Shown: positions 55,301-64,000 of the stretch, piece by piece
Layout of the letters: the number at the start of each line of letters is the position of its first letter
Numbering within the stretch: position 1 is the stretch's first letter
Source of the DNA: a virus
Lineage: Duplodnaviria; Caudoviricetes
Reading direction: 5' to 3' (one strand)
IMG/VR virus record: IMGVR_UViG_3300005686_000008
Length of the DNA stretch: 64,000 nt
Notes under the pieces: generated by a model
Told to the model about the DNA's origin: nothing
Seen by the model: the letters and a program-made list of their open reading frames with translations, nothing else
Databases searched by the model: none
Translations under genes and position numbers: made by a program

Positions 55301-55902
55301 AACCTCAACTTTTCCCTCATCCAAAGTCTAAGACTCCAGAAGCTTTAGCTCAAGAAGAAAACGCCAAGTATGTTGCATTTACAAGAGCCATGAAAGAGCT
55401 TCATGTTCTTGCTCCAAGCAAGGAAGAGAAGAAGCAAGAAAGAAACGCCTCTTCTAAATCAAAGAAAAAGAACGGATGGTATGTAAAAGCTAAGACTCCA
55501 AAATCAATAAAAGTGGTTGAAGCCTTTATTACTCCTGAAAACCTAAGAACTCTTCAACAAATGGGGTATCAGAAGAATGAAGAGTTTTTCATAGGTCCAT
55601 ACGAGTTGTATATCATAGGTCATCCTGGCGCTCAAATGTATCAACTTGCCATACAAACAAGAAATACTCAGGCCGTAGATATTAAACAACAAAACATGAA
55701 ATTCAAAATGGAGCCAGATACAGATCCTGGCTATATCAATGATATAAAGAGTAAGATTATAGAATGGAAAAGCAAATACGGTGATTTAGTTATTGCGTCT
55801 CATAATCCAAAGAAAACAGAAAAGTACAAAAACATTCTAACTTATCTTGGATTTGAACCAAGGCAAACAAACTTTATGGGTCACACTCTTTATGTAATAT
55901 AA
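52330..55902 (+). CDS. UvrD/SF1 helicase with N-terminal topoisomerase-type C4 zinc ribbon, an intein and an extra C-terminal module
   Basis: CPQCG..M...FWGCS.Y..C; ALAGTGKT, DEVQD, VGDPNQ|SIY.FRGAD, NYRS, HRSKGLEF, YVAFTRA. Confidence 0.9.
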   Translation: MNWYKKAHQMKKKANGPCPQCGGPMVKRKNSKTGQEFWGCSNYSKGCRGTKPVEAPRQQPQAPQPAIARPQPIQAPVPAPADKKLWLLATMLDDGTPIAVTRGVNGWEYKRENGEEGTLPNANIANLIKSVEKDGKKVSGAAPEEVFKIFHQMNNQQPQEVEKPKEEGVKGRIPADRMSPHQKGIENSFLNTQQSVMINALAGTGKTTMLRHLATFKDPGAKWLYLVFNKKNQLEASEGKGKFPNGVEVKTSHSFLGQVLGRSADLNAIQKTDLWNRGGERISVILDSMMEGDNTFPQSVRFVAKQVIKQVASWSKGFAVNPASLNAAEQVAAIIKQYGVDTDLSTNKDNPQPGRAIDYTPQIIDKVLDLLHYCLPGNAPSAELGIMRDHDDTLWYSAINPNIKWPRYDVVLADEVQDFNRCQTFMLQKLSEAGARVVAVGDPNQCQPAGTIISLTNGISKPIENVVAGDEVITYNTKKSYFPGTKNQGRKVIQVASRDFYGQLITIKTSKYEHKCTPNHRCLVKFNADNKYALYLMIKGDSARVGIAKVKYFQSFGPAMRAISEEADSLWVLDVFETQEKARLEEMLTWSKFGLPGLIFKHNGQKTGSQEFIDKFYNQLGNNLEKAKKCLSHYGRDFSYPLWTKKEQERFGTLKQNYIGSKKSFVTQSCNLISGAMQVRTFEGSNRGGNWETIQVSREDSNCKVYSLEVEPTEDGKRLYIANNIVTHNSIYMFRGADAQAFNSVQQVLGNAPNGNAPHSLPVNYRSGRKIIQYVNENTHVKDLQAGKDFDGTVTENRPAEEAVSGIVTEKNRGGRLAMQTSFIARTNAPLVRTALDLMSNDVDFVMIGRDFSKELTDHIENVTGKGRNAKVIPINNLDMALIDYVSRMENAWKGKISKEGELKEMKIINDALMDVIEFLKRNNFRDRKLNVQVTNSTTFISYIKQKFSGVNIDDAAEAQKLRERDPLSFVTLTSAHRSKGLEFDRVFILEPQLFPHPKSKTPEALAQEENAKYVAFTRAMKELHVLAPSKEEKKQERNASSKSKKKNGWYVKAKTPKSIKVVEAFITPENLRTLQQMGYQKNEEFFIGPYELYIIGHPGAQMYQLAIQTRNTQAVDIKQQNMKFKMEPDTDPGYINDIKSKIIEWKSKYGDLVIASHNPKKTEKYKNILTYLGFEPRQTNFMGHTLYVI
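53665..54516 (+). mobile_element. intein (284 aa) in helicase motif III
   Basis: starts CQPAGT, contains CTPNH block B, ends IVTHN followed by Ser. Confidence 0.92.
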
Positions 55903-55911
55903 AGGTCCAGC

Positions 55912-58101
55912 ATGAGATGGTTTACCAAATTATCTGATGAACAAAGCAGAAGGCAGGGATTGCTTAAACAGTTCCCCAAAGCCGATCCTGCGCTTATAGA
56001 TAATGTTATGCAAGCCGATCCGTCTATCAATAAACAATATAGTCGTTTCATTTTGCAATGGGCATTAAACGGCAGCATTCGTTTACCAGAAGATTCCGGA
56101 AGGCTCAGTAGGTCTCTTTCTTTCTTCGGTTCAAACTTCAATAAGTTTCAGAAGAAAGACATTAGCGCTTATCCAACTTTCAATGATTTTGAGTTTGCCG
56201 TTGATAGTGTTATTGATATAATGCAGGGCAAAGACAACAGAAGCAACAGGCAAGTTGTTAGGGACATAAAGACAGAAGGAACCAGAGAAGTTTATCGAGA
56301 TAATGAGTGGCGTATTATTGAGATGACAACGCCTCAAGCCGTATGCGAACTAGGTAAAGGAACGAAGTGGTGTACGGCTGCTGATGATGACGGTCTAGAA
56401 ACTGCTGAGTCTTACCTACAGAGCGGTTCTTTATTTCTCATTTTGTATAATAGCGGAACTAAATGGGAAAAGTATGCTCAGTTCACGAAAGACCTTGATC
56501 AAATAATGGATGTTAGGGATAGGCAGATTGTAAAGCCTCCTCAATCTCTTGTTGTCGCCATTAAGTCCTTGATAGAAAAAGGCATTTTGAGGGCTGACCA
56601 TTTCTGGGAAAACTTTACGGCTTCAAGAGATTACGAAGGGGTAGACCAGGATTTTGTAAATTGGTTCAAGTATGAAGAAGAAAAATCTGATGGATTTTTA
56701 CCTAATGAGGTTCTTAAAGAGATATTCAGGCATATAAAATCTTATGGAGTAAGGATGCCTGCCGTTGAAAACAACATTATATTTACAAGAACAAAGAGCG
56801 ATAAAAAGAAATATCACGGCCTTATTGATGGCGATAGAATATCTGAATATCTTGAAGCTATTGGCGTAAACAAGAGAATAAAAGAAAAAGAGCCTGCTAT
56901 ATTGCAATCTACATTTGCTATGGAATATTACATGGATTTCTACAATGAACTGAAAGGATACAACAGGCTTCGTAAAGAAGTAGTCAAAGATATAAATGGA
57001 CTTGAACGTTGGCCAGAACTTGAGCAAGCCTTTCTATCTAATCCTTATAGATCAGAAGAGATGGTGGAGTATCTTTGGCAGACAAATGGGCATAAGAGAG
57101 CCGAGCCTATTTTTGAGCAATATCTTCTTAATTGCGCGAAACAATCAAAGAGTCAGTCCTTTGAGCATTGTATTCAGTATGCAAAAAACTGTAATATGAG
57201 ATGGGACGAGCTTGAAAAAGCCATTCTATCGACTGAGGATCCAGCATCTCTTACTGAATATGCTGAAGATATTCTTAGACAAAGGTGGCCTGAGGCGGAA
57301 CCTTTGATTCTAAATAACACATGGAATGCGTATTTGTATGCAAGAGAAGTTATTAGAGGAAGATGGCCAGAGCTTGAAAAGATCCTTTTAAGGAGCGGAG
57401 ACGGGTGGACTAGCGCTGCTTATGCTGTAAACGTTATGAGATCAAGATGGCCCGAGATGGAAAGATATATGAAGAATTTTGGATTTGATAACACAAATCA
57501 ATTATATGAAAAGACATTTGGGGTTAAACTGAAAGAGGCTAGCATGACTTGGTATAAAAGGTGTCAAAGACTAACTCCTCAGCAGATGGGGATGTATCAA
57601 AACTTCAAAAGCCCAACTGGTGTTCAGTTGAAAGGTAGCGGAATGTCTGCTGTTTTTCAGATTCCCGGCATCAATCAAACAATCAATGGCGCTCAACTTA
57701 TGAATCAAGTTGTTGCCAGAATAAAAGGCGTTCTTAATCAAAACAACGTTCACACAATAGATACAAGTCCTGTTTCTAGAGCCGATGCTATAGGGTTGGC
57801 AGTAAGTTCTGAACCAGGAACTGTCCATGTCGATATTGCAAAAATATTCAATATAGTCAAGAATCAGACGTTGCCTGCTGTTACCCAACTTGACGGGACA
57901 ACGGTTGACAAAGACGTTCAAAATGACATTATAGGTAAAATTTCATCATACATTACGAATCAGCTAGCAAATACAGCAGCTCACGAATCTCAGCATAATA
58001 TAGACTATTTTCAGAGTTTTCCAAAGGGCAAGTTTGAGTCTCCTGAAGGAGGGGCAGAGGCTTTTGGTAATCAAATAGCAAATCAGTATTTTAGACCATG
58101 A
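55912..58101 (+). CDS. modular protein: PcfJ-like WCT domain, RWPELE repeats, C-terminal HExxH module
   Basis: GTKWCT; 5 RW[PD]E.E repeats; AAHESQH. Confidence 0.7.
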   Translation: MRWFTKLSDEQSRRQGLLKQFPKADPALIDNVMQADPSINKQYSRFILQWALNGSIRLPEDSGRLSRSLSFFGSNFNKFQKKDISAYPTFNDFEFAVDSVIDIMQGKDNRSNRQVVRDIKTEGTREVYRDNEWRIIEMTTPQAVCELGKGTKWCTAADDDGLETAESYLQSGSLFLILYNSGTKWEKYAQFTKDLDQIMDVRDRQIVKPPQSLVVAIKSLIEKGILRADHFWENFTASRDYEGVDQDFVNWFKYEEEKSDGFLPNEVLKEIFRHIKSYGVRMPAVENNIIFTRTKSDKKKYHGLIDGDRISEYLEAIGVNKRIKEKEPAILQSTFAMEYYMDFYNELKGYNRLRKEVVKDINGLERWPELEQAFLSNPYRSEEMVEYLWQTNGHKRAEPIFEQYLLNCAKQSKSQSFEHCIQYAKNCNMRWDELEKAILSTEDPASLTEYAEDILRQRWPEAEPLILNNTWNAYLYAREVIRGRWPELEKILLRSGDGWTSAAYAVNVMRSRWPEMERYMKNFGFDNTNQLYEKTFGVKLKEASMTWYKRCQRLTPQQMGMYQNFKSPTGVQLKGSGMSAVFQIPGINQTINGAQLMNQVVARIKGVLNQNNVHTIDTSPVSRADAIGLAVSSEPGTVHVDIAKIFNIVKNQTLPAVTQLDGTTVDKDVQNDIIGKISSYITNQLANTAAHESQHNIDYFQSFPKGKFESPEGGAEAFGNQIANQYFRP

Positions 58102-60596
58102 AGATAATAGATACACATTCTGGGTGGTTCAAGGAAGCTCAGCTATCCAATTATTTAGTTCAATTGGGGTACAGCCAGCAGTTTATCCAATACGTTTCTA
58201 CATTACCAAAGCATGTTCAAAAGGCGATTGGCAACGAGATAAATAGCAATGGTCCTATTCCTGAACCTCAGTTTATGCCAATGATTCAGCAGTTTCTTTC
58301 TCAGCCGCCTCCGGCCCCAGGTCCAGTTCAGAAAAATCAACCAAGGACTCCGGTTCTTGATGCAAGATTTGCCAACCCGCAAGCAAAAGAAGAGTTTTTC
58401 AAGACCATACCAAAAGAATACGTTCCTTGGGTTATTGGGCAATTGAATAATCAAAGAACGCAGTTTATACCAGATGAAGATTCTCCAAGATTGATTGGCG
58501 CTCTTAAGGCCTTTACTGAACTCAAAGGCAGAGCAGATATTCCTATTGAGAAAGACATAAACAAATATCAAAACCTGTTAGAACTCGAAAATGTTGTTGA
58601 GAGATATTCTGGCACTGGCTCTAAGTCAGGCGGCTATTTACAGTACAATCCAATGAAACTCCCGGGAGTTGAACTTATTGCGACTCTCAAGAACGGAGAA
58701 CAGCTTTACAAAGTTTCTGATGTTGGTTCTGTCGAAAAAATGGGGCTTGGAACAAAATGGTGTACAAGAGGAGACTATGGATCTCGCAGCATGGCTGAAA
58801 GATACATACAGGAATATAAGCATTTGTTTATTATGGTAAAAGACGGCAAGCCATATATGCAGATGACTCCTGACCTTTATCAAATTATGGATGTAAAAGA
58901 TAATCCCATGCCTCTTCCAAAAGAGCTATACAAAATGTTTGGCCCTCAGTATGCTAAACAGATTGGCGTAACTCCCCAGGTTTTGCAGTTATTTGAACAA
59001 GAAGGCGCTGATAAGAACGAGGAGCTTCTTCTAAAGACTGTTGCGAAATCTCCAAATGCAATAAGACTTGCATCTCCTGAGTTAAAGATGAATCCTCAGT
59101 TTGCTATACGAGCTATACAAAATGGCGTGGATTCTAGCGAGTTTGAAGATTTGCTAAATGATAAACATATTGGCGATGATTTTACAAATGTTGTTGAAAG
59201 ATTGCAAGGCAATTACGATTATAGAAACTTGAGCTACAGAGATCTTAGCGACGATCTTGAAAATATCATTTTTGGAAAAGATAACTTTGGAGTAGAGGTA
59301 AGCCTTTCTAGTTGGGACTATACAGAGGCGTATGATGAGGTTCTTGAAGAACTAAGCGGGCGTTCTGGCGGCTACAATAATGATGGAGGAGGCGAAACTC
59401 ATTATTGCGCGAAAGTTCTTGCAAGAGCGGCCATTGAATCTGACATGTGGAAAATAAAAGAGGGAGACTTCAAGCAAGACAAGATAATGTATATTGCTCT
59501 TGGTTTAGCACAAAGCCATCGTAAAGTAAGTAAGATGAACTACGAAAGATCAAATAACGCATACGTTAATCCTCTTATTGAACCATTCCTGGAACCTGCA
59601 AGAAAAGAAATTGAAGAAAGTCTTAAGTATTATGGCAATACTGGAATGGTCAGACCGGATGATTTTGAACAAAGAGTTAGAAAAAGAGCTTTTGAGAAGA
59701 TGCAAGAAGAAAGAAAGTATCCAAATCTAAAGTCTCTTGACGAACTCGATCCGGCTGTTAAGAGAAACTATATTTGCGAAGCTATAGACAAGACTTCTAG
59801 AATATCTCAAGTTTATGATAGAAGACAAAAGAATGATGAGGATTTCTATTTTGAAGATGATTGGATGGAATATCCAGACGAGCCAGATCCTGATGATTTT
59901 GAGAGCGATGATGATTATAGAAAAGCTTATGATGAATGGGAAACCGCAAAAGACAGTCAAAGAGAAGAAGCAGAAACTGAACATAGAAATAATAACCTTC
60001 CTTGGTGTTTGGATGATGCAGTTATAGAGGAAATGGCAAGACTACTTGAAACGACCTACAAGAGTTCTATGAAGCTTCCGTCATGGATGGTTAAAATGTT
60101 TGGGTCTCAAAAGAGCGGATCTCGTCCTCAGTTGATATGGTCGCTTGAGCATCTAATAAGAAAGGCTAAGAAGCCGAAGGCTACCGTAAAGACTAAGAAG
60201 CCAAAAAGAAAGGTAAAAGCAAACGGGTGGTATAGTGTAGCAGGAAACTTGTCAGAGGAGGAATTGGAGAAAAAGAGAAAAAGCGATTTCACAAAACAAT
60301 ATCTAGAGACTGAAATAGAATGTGTCGGCTATCATCACGGGCAAACTGACATGATGGTAAGAGCATATGACACATATACGAATCAATATGTGGGCTATTT
60401 GAGCTATAGTATTTTCAATGATGAGATTCATGTTTCCATGATTGAGGTTCTTCCAAACTACAGAAGGCAAGGAGTAGGCACCCTTCTTATAAAGAAAATG
60501 AAAGAAGAAAATCCTAAAGAGAAACTCGTTCCGGGTTTATTTACAAGCGATGGTTATCCATTTTTCAAGGCCATGAAAAGAAGAAGGGTTGTTTGA
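58098..60596 (+). CDS. modular protein: PcfJ-like WCT domain plus C-terminal GNAT
   Basis: GTKWCT; IEVLPNYRRQGVGTLL. Confidence 0.75.
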   Translation: MKIIDTHSGWFKEAQLSNYLVQLGYSQQFIQYVSTLPKHVQKAIGNEINSNGPIPEPQFMPMIQQFLSQPPPAPGPVQKNQPRTPVLDARFANPQAKEEFFKTIPKEYVPWVIGQLNNQRTQFIPDEDSPRLIGALKAFTELKGRADIPIEKDINKYQNLLELENVVERYSGTGSKSGGYLQYNPMKLPGVELIATLKNGEQLYKVSDVGSVEKMGLGTKWCTRGDYGSRSMAERYIQEYKHLFIMVKDGKPYMQMTPDLYQIMDVKDNPMPLPKELYKMFGPQYAKQIGVTPQVLQLFEQEGADKNEELLLKTVAKSPNAIRLASPELKMNPQFAIRAIQNGVDSSEFEDLLNDKHIGDDFTNVVERLQGNYDYRNLSYRDLSDDLENIIFGKDNFGVEVSLSSWDYTEAYDEVLEELSGRSGGYNNDGGGETHYCAKVLARAAIESDMWKIKEGDFKQDKIMYIALGLAQSHRKVSKMNYERSNNAYVNPLIEPFLEPARKEIEESLKYYGNTGMVRPDDFEQRVRKRAFEKMQEERKYPNLKSLDELDPAVKRNYICEAIDKTSRISQVYDRRQKNDEDFYFEDDWMEYPDEPDPDDFESDDDYRKAYDEWETAKDSQREEAETEHRNNNLPWCLDDAVIEEMARLLETTYKSSMKLPSWMVKMFGSQKSGSRPQLIWSLEHLIRKAKKPKATVKTKKPKRKVKANGWYSVAGNLSEEELEKKRKSDFTKQYLETEIECVGYHHGQTDMMVRAYDTYTNQYVGYLSYSIFNDEIHVSMIEVLPNYRRQGVGTLLIKKMKEENPKEKLVPGLFTSDGYPFFKAMKRRRVV

Positions 60597-60702
60597 TATC
60601 TATAACTTGGCTTAGAGACCAGTTCGGTCTTGTAGAAAATAGAGGTATTTTCTATACCAACTAAGTTTCAGAGAAGAGAGAGAAGACATGACAAGACCTG
60701 CG

Positions 60703-60731
60703 CCCGCTTCTTTATTGAAGCGGGTTTTTTA
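60703..60731 (+). terminator. intrinsic terminator
   Basis: CCCGCTTC-TTTATT-GAAGCGGG-TTTTTT. Confidence 0.8.
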
Positions 60732-60839
60732 TTAGTATTTTGTCGAAAATGATTATAGATAAACGTTAACAGAAAGAAGGATGAAGGCTTTTTTTAGCGA
60801 AATATAGAGGTAGCCTCTAAAATAGTGGAGTCATGTCTA

Positions 60840-63800
60840 ATGGGATGGTTTTCAACAGCAAAATTGCTAGTAAAGTTCGCAGGCCCTAAAGAGAGAATCC
60901 AGCAGTTTAAGATCACAGATCCTGATTTGCAGCTCTTTATTATGCGTTATGATCAGCTCATTAAATGGGGCGGCTATACTGTTGAAAACCCAGGAACAGG
61001 CGAAATTATACAAAAGAAGATTGACCCCAAAAATGGACCTGCTGATGTCAATGAATATATAAAGACCCAACTTGTTCCTAGAGTTTTGAACAAAACTGAG
61101 GAAAAGACTCCAGAAGACGAAATAAATAAAGATAGTTATTTCATGAAAGATTATAATATTGAAGAACGATATAACTTCAATAAACTTAATAACATTCACA
61201 ATCCAGAATTGGAACACGCTTATTGGCTTTGGCAGAATGATCCCAAAGCAGGCGTTGCCTTTTATTTAGGAGTTATTAACAAACAAAAGAAAGATGTATA
61301 TAATGGATGGAAAGAACTTCTTGTAAATCATCAAGAGTATTCTGCTCATCCGGCTTTTGTTTATATGGTACTTTCTCAGGTAGTTGAATCTTCTGATGCT
61401 TCTCAAGAGAAGCCGCCAGTACAGGCAAATCCAATTGTTTTGGCTAAGATGTTCAACAAAGTTAATAAAGCGGTTTTCAAATATAATGGACCAATTAAGG
61501 ATGAAGGGATATATAAGAAGATTCTTGCTCTTTCTAGAGAGACTCTTTCTCCGGAAAAGATATCTGAAACATCAGAAGTTCCGGTGGAAAAAGTTCAGCA
61601 AATTCTTGGATTAAGAGGTAAGAAACTTAATGAAATAGCAAACGAGACTGGAATACCTCAACCTAAAGTTCAACAGGTTATGGGGCTTGCTAAAGAGACT
61701 CGTCCTGCCGCCGATATTGCAGCCGAGACCGGAGTTCCTGTTGATCATGTTCAGGGAGTTATAGATCAAAATAACTCATCTAAGATTGATATTCTAAAGA
61801 CTTATCAAAAAGATCTAAACGAACATAGCCTTGAAATGACAAGGCAGATTTTTGATGAGAAGACAAAATCCGGTTGGATTAAGTTGCCTATGAAAGACAA
61901 CGTAAAGCCCGGAGTTGACGAGAAAGGCAATCCTCTCACAAAAGAACAAGTTTGGGATAAGAACCTAGACATATTGAACAACTTCTCTCTTCCTAATAGC
62001 TGGTGTACCACAAAGAATGTTAATGGTCCATTATACTTATCTGAGGGCGACTTCTGGATTCTTGTTGAAAACGGCAAGGGTTGTGTTGGTATTCGATTTG
62101 GCGAAAAGAATAAGAAAATATATGAGATTGCCGGGGACCAAAGTTTTGCTGGCGGAGTAAGTCGTTCTTGTCCTGTTACTTATTGGAGAGAGATTACAGA
62201 TCTCATATTCAGAGAAGGACTTGAACCAATGATAACTGGCTCTGCGAGGTATCATTGGGAAAGAATTCTCAAAGAAAGAGATAATAACAAGAGCTACTTC
62301 AATGATGATGGAACTCCAAATATGGAGGAAATTGAAGAGCTTATTACAAGAATCAAAGCAGACCCATCCTTGTATAACAATGCTATAAAAAATGAACAAT
62401 TCCAAGAGTTTCCAGAGATAATGCAATCTCTTCAAACAGCTTGTAAGGAAGCGTGGTTTAAGAAAATTCATGCTCTTCAAGGAGCTGACGCTTTCCAGCT
62501 TGCTGAAGATGTTGCTCAAAATGCAGCTCAAATGCCAGATTTCGTTCTAAGAGATCCGGCTTTTATTGAGAATGTTCACGGCAGACTTGCCGCTATGTAT
62601 CAAAACTCCCCTGAACAAGTTGCAAAAGTTTTGGGCAAAGTTCCTAACCACTGGGACATATATCCAAGAGGTAAAGAGATATTTAAGCAAGCAGTTATCA
62701 ATAAGTATGCAAGCGGTTTATATTGGAAATCTAACGTCTTTAGTACAAGTAGAAAAACAAAGGAGATGAAAGAGAGAATAAGGGTTGCCAAAAAGGAGTT
62801 TGAAGATATTCAGAAGGCCATTGGCGATTACATGCCGGAATTAAACGCAGACCATGAGTTTGAAATGGCTATTCAGCAAGCGAAAGTAGAAAGCGCTCCT
62901 GCGGCCATGATAGAGGGTTATTTTGCTATTGATATGCCTCGCGATGCTGTTGCTCAGTTTTTTGATAATCCGGAAAACGTAGATGCTATGGCTAATAACC
63001 TTTCTACAAAAATAAGTCCAGAAGTAAAAGACCCAAGAGATGTAAGAAGAGACCATTCTGTATACTTAGATAAAACATTTGAAAAAGAGCTTTCAGCTAT
63101 TGCTCCATTATGGGTTCGTAGACTTCCTGGATTCCAGTCTTTTGCTGATAAAGTAAAACAAAAGGTTCTTAGAACTAACATTGATATGTTTAGAAAATTT
63201 GAACCTCAATTCAAGAATGATGAGCTTTTCCAAGAGTACAAAAAACACATGCTTCAGCAAGGAGCTTTAAGAAACAGACTAAGATGGGGAGATGAAGAAA
63301 TAGATCCAAGACTTCTTGCCGATCCTGATTATCAAAAAGCGACAGGTCAGGTTGATGATCAAAACATCAATCAAGTTCTTACAATAATGAGAACAAGAGC
63401 ATCTGCATTCCTTACTCTTCCACTGGAAACTCAGCAAAATCCAAAGATTCAAGAGGCATATATTGCAGCAAGAGCAACAACAACAAATGATGCGTTTAAG
63501 GCTCTTCTTGTAAAAGAGTTCCCTCGTTTGCCAGACTTTATGAAAGAAGATCAAAGACTATTGAATGCATATATACTAACAGTTATTAACCTTCTTATAG
63601 TAGCAAGACCTGGATCTAAACAATATCTTGACTGCAAAGATATTGACCCAATGGCGTATATTGAACCAAGAATTATTGAATTGTGCAAAGCCAGAGGAAC
63701 TCCAATCGCCTATAATGCCGAACCATTACCAGAGATAGATCAAGGCGATATTGAATTTGGCGGACCAGATATTCCTCCAGATGAACCAGATAATCCTAAT

Positions 63801-63851
63801 GTAATAGCATCTCAACTAGGCTGGTATAGGAAATCTTCGATAATATATTGA
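60840..63851 (+). CDS. large protein with HTH-like repeats and a WCT domain
   Basis: three EI..ETG[IV]P...VQ repeats; NSWCT; WF tag at N-terminus and WY tag at C-terminus. Confidence 0.75.
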   Translation: MGWFSTAKLLVKFAGPKERIQQFKITDPDLQLFIMRYDQLIKWGGYTVENPGTGEIIQKKIDPKNGPADVNEYIKTQLVPRVLNKTEEKTPEDEINKDSYFMKDYNIEERYNFNKLNNIHNPELEHAYWLWQNDPKAGVAFYLGVINKQKKDVYNGWKELLVNHQEYSAHPAFVYMVLSQVVESSDASQEKPPVQANPIVLAKMFNKVNKAVFKYNGPIKDEGIYKKILALSRETLSPEKISETSEVPVEKVQQILGLRGKKLNEIANETGIPQPKVQQVMGLAKETRPAADIAAETGVPVDHVQGVIDQNNSSKIDILKTYQKDLNEHSLEMTRQIFDEKTKSGWIKLPMKDNVKPGVDEKGNPLTKEQVWDKNLDILNNFSLPNSWCTTKNVNGPLYLSEGDFWILVENGKGCVGIRFGEKNKKIYEIAGDQSFAGGVSRSCPVTYWREITDLIFREGLEPMITGSARYHWERILKERDNNKSYFNDDGTPNMEEIEELITRIKADPSLYNNAIKNEQFQEFPEIMQSLQTACKEAWFKKIHALQGADAFQLAEDVAQNAAQMPDFVLRDPAFIENVHGRLAAMYQNSPEQVAKVLGKVPNHWDIYPRGKEIFKQAVINKYASGLYWKSNVFSTSRKTKEMKERIRVAKKEFEDIQKAIGDYMPELNADHEFEMAIQQAKVESAPAAMIEGYFAIDMPRDAVAQFFDNPENVDAMANNLSTKISPEVKDPRDVRRDHSVYLDKTFEKELSAIAPLWVRRLPGFQSFADKVKQKVLRTNIDMFRKFEPQFKNDELFQEYKKHMLQQGALRNRLRWGDEEIDPRLLADPDYQKATGQVDDQNINQVLTIMRTRASAFLTLPLETQQNPKIQEAYIAARATTTNDAFKALLVKEFPRLPDFMKEDQRLLNAYILTVINLLIVARPGSKQYLDCKDIDPMAYIEPRIIELCKARGTPIAYNAEPLPEIDQGDIEFGGPDIPPDEPDNPNVIASQLGWYRKSSIIY

Positions 63852-63875
63852 AGAACAAGATAGTATGGAGAAAAG

Positions 63876-64000
63876 ATGAGTAGCTCATATTTTGATATTA
63901 CCAAGATTGCTCAGGCTGAAGATGAAGTACCTTTAGAAGAGGTACAACCGCTACAGCCAAGGCAACCAATACAACCAGCACAACCGGCTCAACCAGTACA
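63876..64000 (+). CDS. partial CDS running off the window end
   Basis: GGAG SD, MSSSYFDITKIAQ then QP-rich. Confidence 0.65.
   Translation, partial: MSSSYFDITKIAQAEDEVPLEEVQPLQPRQPIQPAQPAQPV

Noticed and set aside
1-64000. Stop-codon reassignment (alternative genetic code)
   Set aside because: Genes are intact and densely packed in code 11, TAA, TGA and TAG all end plausible genes, and no suppressor tRNA was seen

Overview
This window looks like part of a large (jumbo-like) dsDNA bacteriophage genome. The host is plausibly a Planctomycete: four genes carry the prepilin-type FTLIELLVVI N-terminus typical of DUF1559 proteins. There is no rRNA, CRISPR array or structural/replication core gene here. 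Three zones are visible. (1) 1-~5.2 kb: C-rich, tightly packed small ORFs, many of them membrane proteins. (2) ~5.2-43.4 kb: an early/host-takeover-like region of about 80 mostly small + strand genes (RadA-like ATPase, GHKL ATPase, AT-hook protein, phosphoesterase, DnaJ, two ClpS, non-canonical Fic). It also holds about 19 intact tRNAs, one split tRNA and several unclassified structured RNAs. Roughly 65-70 co-oriented copies of the motif [GA][AG]CTAAACTT punctuate this zone; 26 of them sit exactly 30 nt before an ATG, which points to a phage promoter making leaderless mRNAs. (3) 43.5-64 kb: AT-rich large modular proteins (RelE-like, GNAT, ART-like, intein-containing UvrD helicase, PcfJ-like, HExxH). 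Their modules are delimited by a recurring W/Y-Y/F...K-x-A-Q/S peptide. The strongest novel candidates are: ribosome-mediated attenuators (a Leu-rich and a Trp-containing leader peptide, each with terminator/antiterminator) directly upstream of the cognate tRNA-Leu and tRNA-Trp arrays; the leaderless promoter system; the peptide-tagged cargo polyproteins; a homing-endonuclease cassette that splits a tRNA at its anticodon and carries a replacement tRNA-Lys; and an enlarged anticodon-less tRNA-like RNA. All calls were made by eye, with no database searches.
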